Both the position numbers and the translations under genes were made by a program. This document shows, piece by piece, positions 10,825-21,073 of a stretch of DNA of 64,000 bases. The notes beneath the pieces are model-generated. The model had not been told where the DNA came from and made no database searches. It saw only the letters and a program-made list of their open reading frames with translations. This DNA comes from Paramoeba atlantica. Lineage: Eukaryota; Protista; Discosea. Numbering within the stretch: position 1 is the stretch's first letter; each line of letters opens with the position of its first letter. Where the stretch lies: NCBI GenBank assembly GCA_977017575.1, contig CDRNVI010000012.1, forward strand, positions 310,001-374,000. The letters are read 5' to 3'.

Positions 10825-11262
10825 CTATGCCCGTAATACCACCGCACCTCCAATCTCCTTTAATTTCTTCTCGGCAATACGGCTGCAATATCTAGCCTTG
10901 ACAATCACGGGACGAGTAATACGACCGTTTCCAAGCACTTTGGCGTATCCGTGGCGGAGCAAGTCTACCACTGGGAGCTTAGAGGTTCCCTCACACGCCT
11001 TCCAGTCCTCGGCGGGCACAAGAGACTCCACACGATCAAGGTTCACCGCGGGCTTCCAGTGTACGTTCTTTTTCATGTGAAGGTGGCGCTGTCCAACCTT
11101 GCCAAAGTACCCCGGGTGGTATTTGTCAAAGTTGATTTTGTGATGGTGCATTCCACCAGCATTTCCTCGACCGCTAGGGTGCTTGCGGTGTTTGCCAATG
11201 CGCCCGTGTCCGGCCGAAACGGAACCACGCGCCTTTCGGTTCTTCTTAAAGCGAGACGGCAT
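10825..11262 (-). CDS. RPL27A: 60S ribosomal protein uL15 (L27a/L28)
   Basis: [55 protein letters not shown]. True ATG at 11262. Confidence 0.97.
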   Translation of the reverse strand: MPSRFKKNRKARGSVSAGHGRIGKHRKHPSGRGNAGGMHHHKINFDKYHPGYFGKVGQRHLHMKKNVHWKPAVNLDRVESLVPAEDWKACEGTSKLPVVDLLRHGYAKVLGNGRITRPVIVKARYCSRIAEKKLKEIGGAVVLRA

Positions 11263-11622
11263 GTAGTAGAAAAATATGCAAGAAAGAAAAGGCTTTCCAA
11301 AAAGGTGTAACAAGAATAACAATAAACACAAGAGAAATATTGAGGAGAAGGGGACCGCGTAACTATTTTCCAAACGTACCGTCACAGCAATTACATCGCA
11401 GTGTAGTGATTATTTCTCAGAATTTTACCATTGCATGAAACGTTTCATTCGCACCCTTCAAATTTTATTGTAAAATATCCAACGTGGTTCATGGTAAACC
11501 CAATAAAATCGCCCAGCACGCCCAAAAACGTACCCGCGTGACAATAATAACCCAACGTAATAGCGAATACCAATGGAGAAAGTTTGTCCACATCAGGAGA
11601 ACTCTCCGCTTTACGAACTTAC

Positions 11623-12408
11623 CTACCCTAGATACTGCTTACACCGCCGTATCTCCTGCGACACATTCGCCGAGGGCTGGACGGCATTCACCGCCGTGAA
11701 ATCCGCCATCGCCGCCTTCCACCGCTCCAACCCCTTATACGCATACGCCCGACGCAACGTCGCCTTCACATTCCCCGGATCCAACTCCAACACCGCACTC
11801 GTATCCGCAATCACCTGCGGGTAGTTATGCGTCTGCGTGTGACACGCCGCGCGGTTATTATACCCCGCCACCTTCTTCCCCACCTCCCCCTCCCCGGCCA
11901 ACTCAATCGCCCGGGTGTAATACCCCATCGCCTGTTCATACCGCCCCCTCCGGAACCACTGATTCCCCACCTCCCGGGCCTCCTCCCCACTCCCCACCCT
12001 CCCCGGGGTCATCCGCTCCAGCCGCTCCCGTGCCCCGCTGCGGCACGTGTTCAGCCTCTCCTGGACCTCCCCGTTGTGGGGGTCGAGCCCTAGCGCCCGC
12101 TCCAGTGCCCGCTCCGCCCCGGGGTAGTCCCCGAGCGCCATACGGGCGACCCCCTCGCGGTAGGGCCCCTTCACCCACCCGGGCTGGGCTGCGGTACACG
12201 CCAGCGCGTCCTGTAACGCCTTCGTGTGCTCGGAGAGGGCCGAGTGGGCTGCGGCCCGGTTGGAGTAGAGGGGGGCGGCCTCGGGGTTGGGGGTAGAGGT
12301 GGTCGAGGGGTTGAGGGCATGGAGGGCTGCGGTGTAGTGGGTGATGGCGTCACGGTGGAGACCGGCACGGAAGGCGGTGTTGCCGAGGGTTTTGTGGTCG
12401 GGGGACAT
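11623..12408 (-). CDS. Two-TPR-domain co-chaperone, kinetoplastid STI1-like (Hop-like, no DP domains)
   Basis: TPR motifs LGNTAF, LYSNRAAA, WVKGPYR, VGNQWFRRGRYEQAMGYYTRAIEL, YNNRAACH and NVKATLRRA. Confidence 0.88.
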   Translation of the reverse strand: MSPDHKTLGNTAFRAGLHRDAITHYTAALHALNPSTTSTPNPEAAPLYSNRAAAHSALSEHTKALQDALACTAAQPGWVKGPYREGVARMALGDYPGAERALERALGLDPHNGEVQERLNTCRSGARERLERMTPGRVGSGEEAREVGNQWFRRGRYEQAMGYYTRAIELAGEGEVGKKVAGYNNRAACHTQTHNYPQVIADTSAVLELDPGNVKATLRRAYAYKGLERWKAAMADFTAVNAVQPSANVSQEIRRCKQYLG

Positions 12409-12817
12409 GGGGGGGGGGTAGAGGGGTTAAGAGGGGGGTGGAAAAAAAAGAGAAAGGGGATAGAGGAGAGGAAAGGAGAGGGGAGGATGGAATGGAGAGG
12501 GGGGGGTGGAAAGAGAGGGTGGGGGTGTGGGTTTTTTAAAGATGTAAGGTTTAAAAGTGATTTTCAGTTTTTGGAGCGTTGAGGGGATGTATTATTAGAA
12601 TGGTTTTTAAAACAAAACGGGACAGCATGTTATGCTGTATACGGCGCTATGTACGATAATGCGTGGTTGATATAATTGTTGAAATATAGATAGAAGAGAT
12701 TGTGTTCAGGCTTTCTGAATTTCATTTAATATACGGGATAAATTTATATACAATATTATGGCATTTCGTTTTAATAAAAATATGGGGAACTAATGTACAT
12801 CACATCAGAATTTCATC

Positions 12818-13351
12818 CTATTCGTCGTCTTCTGCTGCAGCTGTTTCCTCTTCGTCTTCCGCGTTTTCATAAATTGGCTTCTTTCCCTTTACCAGAATGT
12901 CATGGAGAATGGGGGCGTGCTCTCTCCAGTCAGCGGCGTCCTCAGCGAACAAAGGCTCGTGGTCACGCGAGAGCCAGAACTCATAGGCCCCAGGTCGATT
13001 CTTCTTTACGGGCTGGTAATACGGAACGAATTCGGGCCACGGTTTGGCGCCGTACAAAAGTGTGTAGTCATAGTGTCCCAACTTACGGCGTTCTTCAAAA
13101 CGCTCAAAAATATGATCAAAGAGCATTTTTCGGGCGTACCAGTATGCCTTTTTGCACATACTGTGTTCCTCTCCCCAGTTCCCTACGCAGTGCAAGTACT
13201 GGTAGTACGCAATGTAGCCATGCTTGTGGACGCTACCTGAGGTCGCCATTCCATGGCTCTGAGCGAATCGAGGATCAGTGAAATCGGTAAAGTGCGGCAT
13301 GTGGTACTTACGGCGTGGAATCTTATACTTGTGGCTGTCAGGGTGTACCAT
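12818..13351 (-). CDS. COX6: Kinetoplastid-type cytochrome c oxidase subunit VI
   Basis: MPHFTDFTDPRF...YQYLHCVGNWGEEHSMCKK...YQPVKKNRPGAYEFWL...APILHDI matches the remembered trypanosomatid COX VI. ATG at 13351. Confidence 0.85.
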   Translation of the reverse strand: MVHPDSHKYKIPRRKYHMPHFTDFTDPRFAQSHGMATSGSVHKHGYIAYYQYLHCVGNWGEEHSMCKKAYWYARKMLFDHIFERFEERRKLGHYDYTLLYGAKPWPEFVPYYQPVKKNRPGAYEFWLSRDHEPLFAEDAADWREHAPILHDILVKGKKPIYENAEDEEETAAAEDDE

Positions 13352-13815
13352 TGTTAGAGACTTATAGAAAATGGATGAAGACCTACAGAATATGAAAAAC
13401 GCATGCAGTGTAGTTCCCACAAAAAGTATCTAAAAGATTGCGTTTTTAACAATATGAAACTATGATTACATTTCGCTTTCACAAATTTTTAACATGACAG
13501 TTGTATATTAACTGCTTTCATCCAAGCTCATAGAGTTGCAAATAGGGGTACAAAACTATGAAGATTGGATATTTACAAAGCAATTTAGGATAGCGCCCAA
13601 GTTTCATTCCTCTAATACTTTTAAAGAATTCATCCGTAAATATATGGAACGCTGGGGTAGAAAAGTTGGTGTAGAAAAGTTTATGAGTGTGGTAAATAAA
13701 TGTGAAACACTACGAGATACAAAAATTAAATCGAAAATTTAATCACATGAAATTTCTGTGCCTAAAGTCGGCTTCAGGACGCTTCTCGAGGCCTATCTCA
13801 TAGGTGGCTTTTCTA

Positions 13816-15096
13816 TTACTTGAAAATTTTGTAATCCAACACTGGCTTAGTAGCAAACGTCGGTCCCTCGCACGAAAGGTAATCCGTAATTCGTTCCCGC
13901 ATGCTTAAGAGATCCTGGACCTCTTCCCACTCATGGTGCTCTACGTCATCTACAATTTTCATAAGTTCGGGCATGCCTTTTCCTCGAACCACCCAGAAGC
14001 CCACAATCTCTTGCTGAGCTTCCTCACCGATAATCAAGACAGTACCGAAAACGTATTTGTGCAACGCATCCATACGCTGGAACATACCTCCAACGAGATT
14101 TGAGGTCATAAAAACCATTTTGCTAAGTTCGTCATTGTATTTGTACTTCGACCAGAGGCAGGTATAGCCACTTGGGTCGTATTTCTCAAAGAAGAATGGA
14201 GCCGCAATTGTTCGGGTATCATTGTTGGAGTAGCAACGCTTGAATTCATCCATAATAAACGTAGGACTTGGGGGCAATGTGTCCAGCGCTGCTTTCATCG
14301 CCTTCATCTTTAATTTCTCCTCATTGTTGTCATCCTCAAAACCAGGTGGTGCATCCTCATCGTCGGCTTCTTTGGATTTCTTCGCCTTTTCAGCCTTTTT
14401 AGCCTCTGGTTTCTTCTCCGCCTTCTTTTCTACCTTTGCTTCCTTTTTCGCTACTGTGACCTTGGGGGATTCTTGAAGTACCGAGGCGAAGTGGAGTTGG
14501 TTAATGACCGTATCTACGTATCGTAACAAGTGCACGTGACCCTCCTTCAGTGGCTTGCTCTTACAGATACGAAAGAATTCCTCCAGAGCACCTCCGAGAA
14601 CGAGATCGGCAATTGTCACACGCTCGCCCACTAGAAAGGTGCGTGTCTCCAATTGCTGATTGAGCGACGAAAAAACAGTCTTTAGAGTTTTCATTGCGGT
14701 CTCGGTTTGTGTGCTGTTTGTTCCCTTAGCAAGATACCCGAGTTCGGCTCCAATCAACAACTTAACTGCAGGAGTCATTTCGGTACTCACAAGATCTAAC
14801 CAGGCGTCTACTTGGGATTGCTCATAGGCCCCAGTTCCTCCGTAGAGCGCTAAATTGGCGTCCTGTCGCGCGAGATAACGAGCAATCGCGTGGGTTTCGA
14901 AAAGGTAGCCCTCGTCGACTTTCGCCACGGGGACGCGTCCTAAGGGATCGCAGTTCAGGGCATAGGCAACGGTGGCGCTGTCTTTTTCCACTTCAAAGGA
15001 AGGGAGACGGACTTCCACATCAGCATACTTGGCTGCAACCTTTAAAGGCACGAGTCTAGCATCTTCCGGAAACGAGTAAAGCTCGATATGAGGCAT
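13816..15096 (-). CDS. EEF1G: Elongation factor 1B gamma
   Basis: GST-like N-domain (GRVPV, LFETHAIARYLA, QVDAWLD), Lys/Glu linker, and EF1G C-domain (MDEFKRCYSNNDT, FFEKYDPSGY, FMTSNLVGGMFQR). Confidence 0.96.
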   Translation of the reverse strand: MPHIELYSFPEDARLVPLKVAAKYADVEVRLPSFEVEKDSATVAYALNCDPLGRVPVAKVDEGYLFETHAIARYLARQDANLALYGGTGAYEQSQVDAWLDLVSTEMTPAVKLLIGAELGYLAKGTNSTQTETAMKTLKTVFSSLNQQLETRTFLVGERVTIADLVLGGALEEFFRICKSKPLKEGHVHLLRYVDTVINQLHFASVLQESPKVTVAKKEAKVEKKAEKKPEAKKAEKAKKSKEADDEDAPPGFEDDNNEEKLKMKAMKAALDTLPPSPTFIMDEFKRCYSNNDTRTIAAPFFFEKYDPSGYTCLWSKYKYNDELSKMVFMTSNLVGGMFQRMDALHKYVFGTVLIIGEEAQQEIVGFWVVRGKGMPELMKIVDDVEHHEWEEVQDLLSMRERITDYLSCEGPTFATKPVLDYKIFK

Positions 15097-15496
15097 TGAA
15101 TGGGGTATAGGGTTAAAGCTAAAATGGTTCTTGATATTATTATGGTCCTTTGGTTGTTGTTACATTTCAGTCATTTGTCTCATACATAATAGATAACGGA
15201 ATAAAGATTTATTCGCGTTTTCCGTATACGCTTTCCGCTTTTGGAATTGCATATCAGTCCTCGCACGTAAATGAAGCATGACTAGGAATGAAGCATGACG
15301 AATTGATCGCAAAGGTCTTTTGTAACCGACCACTCCTCCATCCCTCTTTCCTCCACCAATTCCTTTTTTTAATTTAAAAGAGCGGTGAGGGAACTTTAAA
15401 TTAAAATGTACAAATGAGGTGTACACATATGAGAATACACATGTTTCGCGGGTGGGTCGATCGTATTGCAGTGGGCTTCTCAGTGACCTTTTTGCA

Positions 15497-16759
15497 TCAT
15501 TCTTCCGTTTCCCCTTCTTTACAAAATTCGGTTTCTCCTTCTTCGCAGTGCTCTTCCGGATAGGGATCCTCAAGAGAAGTGGTTCGGCCCCACAATTCAG
15601 TTTCCCCCCCTTCACAGTCCTGTTCATTGCCTTGAAAATTTGCAGTTGCATTGCCTTCAAAATTTAAATTCGGCTCGATCCAAGGTTGATATTCGGGAGT
15701 CATTTTCACCACTAGAGCCTTTTCAACCGGAACATCCCCTGAAACCTTGTTCCCAGTCAAGTCGAGCAGTTCTAGTCGAGAAGGTAGCGAATCTAAAAAT
15801 AGTTCGCCACTGAACGAATTGTGTGACAGGTTAAGAATTTTAAGTGCTTTTGGTAGTAAATAAAATTGTGGCGTACCAGATAAAAAATTCCCCTCGATGT
15901 GCAATTCTATCAACCCTTTGGGTAGATTCGATATGTCAATAGGAGAGGAAAATAGGTTATTGCTAAGAGTTAAGATAAGAAGCGAAGGACTCAGGTTAGA
16001 AAGGTCAAGTTGACCACTCAGGCGATTCGTATCCAGATTAAGCGTCTCAAGTAACTCAGGTAAATGGCGAAGCGATATATTTCCTGCAAAATGATTGCTA
16101 CCTAGTTGCAGCGTACGAAGTGAGGAGGGAAGTGCTTTGAGGAACAATTGTCCCTCAATACGATTATGACTAATATCTAGCATTTCCAGAGTATCTGGTA
16201 CATGCGTGAAGTCGAGCTGACCGCAGAACAAATTATGAGATACGCTTAGCCTCCTTATATGATGAGGCAACGAATGCAGTTCAAGGGTAGAATCAAACAT
16301 ATTATTGTCTACAATGAAGTATTCCAAATCTCGGGGAAGGTGGTGAAGATTGATAGCCCCTCCCAGTTTATTGTCACCTGCCGAAAAACTTATCAAGCCA
16401 TCACACAGCTCTGAAGTGTGTATTTGGCCCGTGATTTTGTTTTTACTTAGAGTCAGGGCAGTGGTGGTCGCAGGAATATGTGTCCACGACAATTCGCCAA
16501 ATAGACATTCTCCTAACCTCATGAAAGACGACCAGATAATTTGTGAAACAAAACCTTCCTTGCAATGAATCCCCGACCATTGACAGGCGGGCGTATTTAC
16601 CGACCAAGTAGGATGCACACCGTGGGTTAGATGCTCAATAAAGCGCGACAAATGTACCTCCTGAGGAAGCAGTATACGACTGGGTTTTCCAATTCTTTGC
16701 CTTTTCCGAGGCGGAGGAGAGTCACATCCCCACGCTAAGGACACACACCCGTAATTCAT
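15497..16759 (-). CDS. Leucine-rich repeat protein (LPxxLxxL type, CxWxGxxC cap)
   Basis: Cap ACQWSGIHC, about 10 repeats of LPxxLxxLxLxxNxxxGxLxL, basic N-terminal RKRQR and an acidic tail. Confidence 0.9.
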   Translation of the reverse strand: MNYGCVSLAWGCDSPPPRKRQRIGKPSRILLPQEVHLSRFIEHLTHGVHPTWSVNTPACQWSGIHCKEGFVSQIIWSSFMRLGECLFGELSWTHIPATTTALTLSKNKITGQIHTSELCDGLISFSAGDNKLGGAINLHHLPRDLEYFIVDNNMFDSTLELHSLPHHIRRLSVSHNLFCGQLDFTHVPDTLEMLDISHNRIEGQLFLKALPSSLRTLQLGSNHFAGNISLRHLPELLETLNLDTNRLSGQLDLSNLSPSLLILTLSNNLFSSPIDISNLPKGLIELHIEGNFLSGTPQFYLLPKALKILNLSHNSFSGELFLDSLPSRLELLDLTGNKVSGDVPVEKALVVKMTPEYQPWIEPNLNFEGNATANFQGNEQDCEGGETELWGRTTSLEDPYPEEHCEEGETEFCKEGETEE

Positions 16760-17095
16760 GAACGGCTACGTAAATAAACTACATAAAAATCACTCTTGTT
16801 GTAAATAGAGGAGTAAACTTCTACAGGAAGGACTTTAATTTTAATAAACACTCTAAGTAACATAAAATTGAGACATGATAGATTAAGGCAAAGAAATATT
16901 CTGTCTAAACAAACCAAGAAGAAAGAAGAAACAATACGGAAGAAAGAAAAAAGGAAAGCTGCAAAAGCAACTCAGAAAATAAGTGAAAACCTACATCAGG
17001 AGTGATTGTGTATGCTCCTGGGCAAATAAAGCTATATCAAGGCTATGTAAAATAAAGTCTAGAGGACGATGAGGTGTTGCTGAACGTCTAGAAAC

Positions 17096-18316
17096 TCAAG
17101 CAGCATCCGCAGGTGGCTTTGTGACAGGCACGCTCCGGTACCGCAACCGTCGTTGACAGCGTGAAATCAAAACGGTGATATTTCTTCGCATTGTGGGAAC
17201 TCGGTCATATTCATATTCCATCGCACGATATTGCTCGGACTTTGGCACCTCCCTTCGAGATACGCGTGGGATGCGGCACTTCACATTTCTGTGCGTCTTC
17301 ATCCGCTCATAATGAATCTGGTACAAGTCCTCAGTGGCAATTCGCTCCTTGGGATCCAGTCGCAACATCATCCGAAGCAGCTCGCACTCGTATCGTGTGG
17401 CCGTTTTCTCCAACTGTTGGACTCTCTCCGCAACTCGTTTGCGGTCCCGTTCCAGGTGACACTCCTTTCGGTTGAACAACGTGCGGCCGGATATCATCCT
17501 CGCCAGGACACACCCGAGTGCCCAAATATCAGAGGCCCCACTGAAGTATCCCTGCTCCGTCTCTGGGGCACGATATGGGTACGTACTGACATACTTTCCC
17601 ACCGTATGCCGGGAGTTCTCCTCCCACATACGGGAGGTGCCAAAATCTACCAGTTTCACCTGCGAGAGGTCACGCTGCAGCACAATGTTCTCCGGCTTAA
17701 TATCCCGATGAAGCACCCCATGGTGGTGCATGTGACGTAACCCACACAACAATTGACCAAACAGCACCAGTCGCGTCTCCTCCGGCAACGCCTCACCCCC
17801 ACATTTCGTCGCACTCTGCGCCCGTACCCTCTCATTCAAAAACAAATGCAACGAGCACTCCATCCGTGGCAGCACCAGGTACACCCCGTTATCCCCCTCC
17901 CAGGCCTGAATCAGCTCCATCACATTGGGGTGCCGCCTATCCGGGGCGGTGAAGTAATACAGCACGCTGAGCTCCCGCATCGAGGCCTCACAATCCGCGG
18001 CCTCGTTGAGGAGCTCCTGTTTCACGACCACCTCGGTGCCGTCACGACGACGGGTCGCGGTGAAGACGACACCAAAGGCCCCGTCGTCTCCGAGGTGGGT
18101 GAAATGGTCGTAGGCGTTCGAGGGGTAGACCACACGACGGGTGCCGTGGGGGACGGGGATGTGGGTGACGGAGAAGGGGGCGTGTTGAGGATCTGCGGCA
18201 CGCCCGGTGAGACTCTCGCAGGCCGCAGAGTGGGGGGTGGAGTACGTGCTGGAGGGGGCACCCCCGCGACTGGAGGTGGCGGGGGTGGAGCAGAGACTAC
18301 GGGGTCGTTTGCGCAT
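17096..18316 (-). CDS. Ser/Thr protein kinase (CMGC/MAPK-like, divergent)
   Basis: LGDDGAFGVV, VVVKQE, HRDIKPEN, DFG, STYPYRAPE and SDIWALGC. Confidence 0.92.
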   Translation of the reverse strand: MRKRPRSLCSTPATSSRGGAPSSTYSTPHSAACESLTGRAADPQHAPFSVTHIPVPHGTRRVVYPSNAYDHFTHLGDDGAFGVVFTATRRRDGTEVVVKQELLNEAADCEASMRELSVLYYFTAPDRRHPNVMELIQAWEGDNGVYLVLPRMECSLHLFLNERVRAQSATKCGGEALPEETRLVLFGQLLCGLRHMHHHGVLHRDIKPENIVLQRDLSQVKLVDFGTSRMWEENSRHTVGKYVSTYPYRAPETEQGYFSGASDIWALGCVLARMISGRTLFNRKECHLERDRKRVAERVQQLEKTATRYECELLRMMLRLDPKERIATEDLYQIHYERMKTHRNVKCRIPRVSRREVPKSEQYRAMEYEYDRVPTMRRNITVLISRCQRRLRYRSVPVTKPPADAA

Positions 18317-18526
18317 GGCAGCAGGAGGAGGGGGAGGACAAGGAAAATGAGGTTTTTAGTGTGGGTGGGGTTGTGTGAGATAAAGGGAGGGAAAGAGAAG
18401 GAAAAATATAGAGGAGGTTGAGGAAAGATAGGTTATGAAAGGATTGGGATTACGCGTGGGGGAGATGATAAAGATGAGATAAGAAGCATAATCTAAGGAG
18501 TTTTTTTCAAAGGAAAATACTACTCC

Positions 18527-18600
18527 TCTCATTAATTTCTATAAATATAAATTATAACAAAAAATAAAATTTATATTAACATTTATAGAAATTAATGAGA
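18527..18600. repeat. AT-rich hairpin with perfect 20-bp arms
   Basis: TCTCATTAATTTCTATAAAT (18527-18546) / ATTTATAGAAATTAATGAGA (18581-18600). Confidence 0.8.
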
Positions 18601-18914
18601 ATGGTTAGGCAAAAAGTCTTGATAAATGATCCTGCCTGATGGAAAAACGCTATTTTTCTGCGATAAGCTTTCGCGGAACGTGAGATCCAAGGCCCTTGTC
18701 GGAAGTGAGGGCCAAAATTTTCTGCGGTGTTCTCCCCTCTATACTAGCTTTTCCTGTTTGTTTTCTTCAAAAAATATTCTTTTGAAAAACTATAATTTTT
18801 CTCGGAAAAATTAGGAATGGCGTTTATAGAAATTAGAGAGAAGCGGAGTATCCCCCTCCGTTTTAGCCCACCTCGTTTTCCGTTAAAAGCAGGGGTCTGA
18901 AAATATATTATATA

Positions 18915-20060
18915 CAGGGGGGTGCACGAAAATATGGGGGGGGTCAAAATTCTTATAACTTGGCCAATTTTGGAAAATCATAGCGTATTCGAGAGCTCTC
19001 GCAGAGTTACGTGTCATGTGCTAATGCGTTTCCCGCACTTTTTAATTTTGTAGAAAAATTAAAAAAATCATGCACTTTTTCAAAGTGCAGAATTCTGCAG
19101 TTTTTTGAATAAAATACTTTTTTTTTGTGAATTTATCGACTTTTTTGATCCTAATACACTACTATGCCCCAGAAAAGGTCATATTCGAATAATAAAAAGG
19201 TGCAGAAACGGAGTAGATTTTGCTATTCGCTTCGTGGGCAACTTAAAGCATCTCATAGGATACATTTGGTTAAAAAAATTGAGGAAACTTATTCTTTTTC
19301 AGCTGTCGCCAAGATGTTTAGGTGTCACGAGGACACTGTCAAGCGTTGGATGCAGCGTTACGAAGAGACTGGTGAGGTCGATAGGTCTCCCTATAAAACT
19401 CGCCAATCTCCTGTAATATCTGACCCTCTGTTGAAGCGAGCACTCAATCCTATTGATCAAGCAACAAGGAATGAAACCTATGATATCGCTTCTTGGGATC
19501 ACCTTCTGAACCTTCTTGTAGGAGAGGGTTTCAGATGCTCCCGTCGCGCTCTGATACGTTCCCTCAAGAAGGAGGGTATCATATCCCGCACAGTCCCCCG
19601 AAACCCTGCACTCACAAAGGAGCACAAAAGGAAACGAGTAGAGCTATGCCAGGAGTTGGCAACATGGACCCCTGCTCAGCTTGAGGCTATCGTCTGGACA
19701 GAGGAGAAAAAATTTACTTGCGGGGGCAGCCGCAAGATTACCTACCTTTGCCGTCGTTCAGACCTCCCAAAGGAGCACGCCGGTAAGCGGGAGAACTTTA
19801 AAGAGTGTTCCAAAGCGCGTGAAAATTGTGTTGGAGAAAAAAGGTGGAAATTGTGGATACTAACATTTTTTTACCAGAAAAAAGACTTGCAGTTGCCATA
19901 TTTACGGTATTCAGGAGAATGCATATACCTGGAAACTACGTAAAACGTAATATCACATGACACGTAACTCTGCGAGAGCTCTCGAATGCGCTATTATTTT
20001 CCAAAATTGGCCGAGTTATAAGAATTTTGACCCCCCCCCATAATTTCGTGCGCCCCCCAG
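18915..20060 (+). mobile_element. Tc1/mariner element, internally deleted
   Basis: About 107-bp TIRs (18915-19020 / 19954-20060), TA flanks, and an enclosed transposase ORF. Confidence 0.9.
19164..19943 (+). pseudogene. Truncated Tc1-family transposase (HTH domains, DDE domain lost)
   Basis: HTH (FSAVAKMFRCHEDTVKRWMQRYEETG), CSRRALIRSLKKEG, NPALTKEHKRKR and IVWTEEKKF (Tc1 WTDEKKF with D-to-E). The ORF ends at the right TIR. Confidence 0.85.
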
Positions 20061-20064
20061 TATA

Positions 20065-20823
20065 CAGGGGGGATCACCAATATCGGGACACCCGACATTT
20101 TTGTGTCATGTGTCCGTTTCACCTCATTTTTGTTGCAAAAGAGAGATCTCGACGCGAATATAATCGGAACGACATTTTGCGCCTATTTAAACACACCTAA
20201 AAAGTAGGGTGTGCACGACAAAAACGATTTTTTTCAAAATTTGCACATTTGAAAATGTGGATTAAAATGTCTTAAAAAGCATTGAAAAAGTTATTTAGTA
20301 TGAAATAACCCCTCCGTTACACTTTCGTAACTCTTCTAACCGTTTTGGGAGGCTCTTCAGAGTCTTCTCTAGGATATCCCGCTTTTCGGTTAGGAGATAT
20401 TCAATAGCCTTGGGTATATAACACTGCTCTTTCCGCAATTCATCATACATGCTGTTTCCCTCATAGACTTGCCTTGATGCACTTCGTGCGCGCTCACAAT
20501 CCGTGTGCCGTAGGATGCATGCTCGGGGGATACATGACGGAAGTTTAATCTATGTCGTTTTCTCATTTGGAACTTAATAAAAGAGAATTGTATCCTTTAA
20601 TAGACAATTTTAACGGGATTTGCACAATTTTTACATAAATTTGCATATTTTTTGGAGATTTGTTTTATTTTTTTTATACCATTTTTTACAAGTGCGTTTA
20701 AATAGGCGCAAAATGTCGTTCCGATCATATTCGCGTCGAGATCTCTCTTTTGCAACAAAAATCAGGTGAAACAGACCCACGGCCCAAAAATGGGAGGTGT
20801 CCCGATATTGGTGATCCCCCCTG
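20065..20823. mobile_element. Tc1/mariner-type MITE, 759 bp
   Basis: 132-bp imperfect TIRs starting CAGGGGGGATCACCAATATCGGGACACC, TA flanks on both sides, no ORF. Confidence 0.9.
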
Positions 20824-20987
20824 TATATTTATAGTATTTGAAAAAAAATATAGTACTATTATAGTACTATTTATAGTACTATATTATAGTACTATTTATA
20901 GTATTATAAATCTATAAAAAACTATAACAGGAAAAAGTGATCAAAAACGTTTTGATGCTCTTTTTTAGCACGAATGGCACCAAGTAC

Positions 20988-21073
20988 AAAATCAATTATG
21001 ACAGGCTTAATCAAGTTTCTTATGTTTCGCAAAATCAATTATGACAGGCTTAATCAAGTTTCTTATGTTTCGC
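20988..21073. repeat. Perfect 2 x 43-bp tandem duplication inside the hAT-like element
   Basis: AAAATCAATTATGACAGGCTTAATCAAGTTTCTTATGTTTCGC occurs twice in tandem. Confidence 0.9.
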
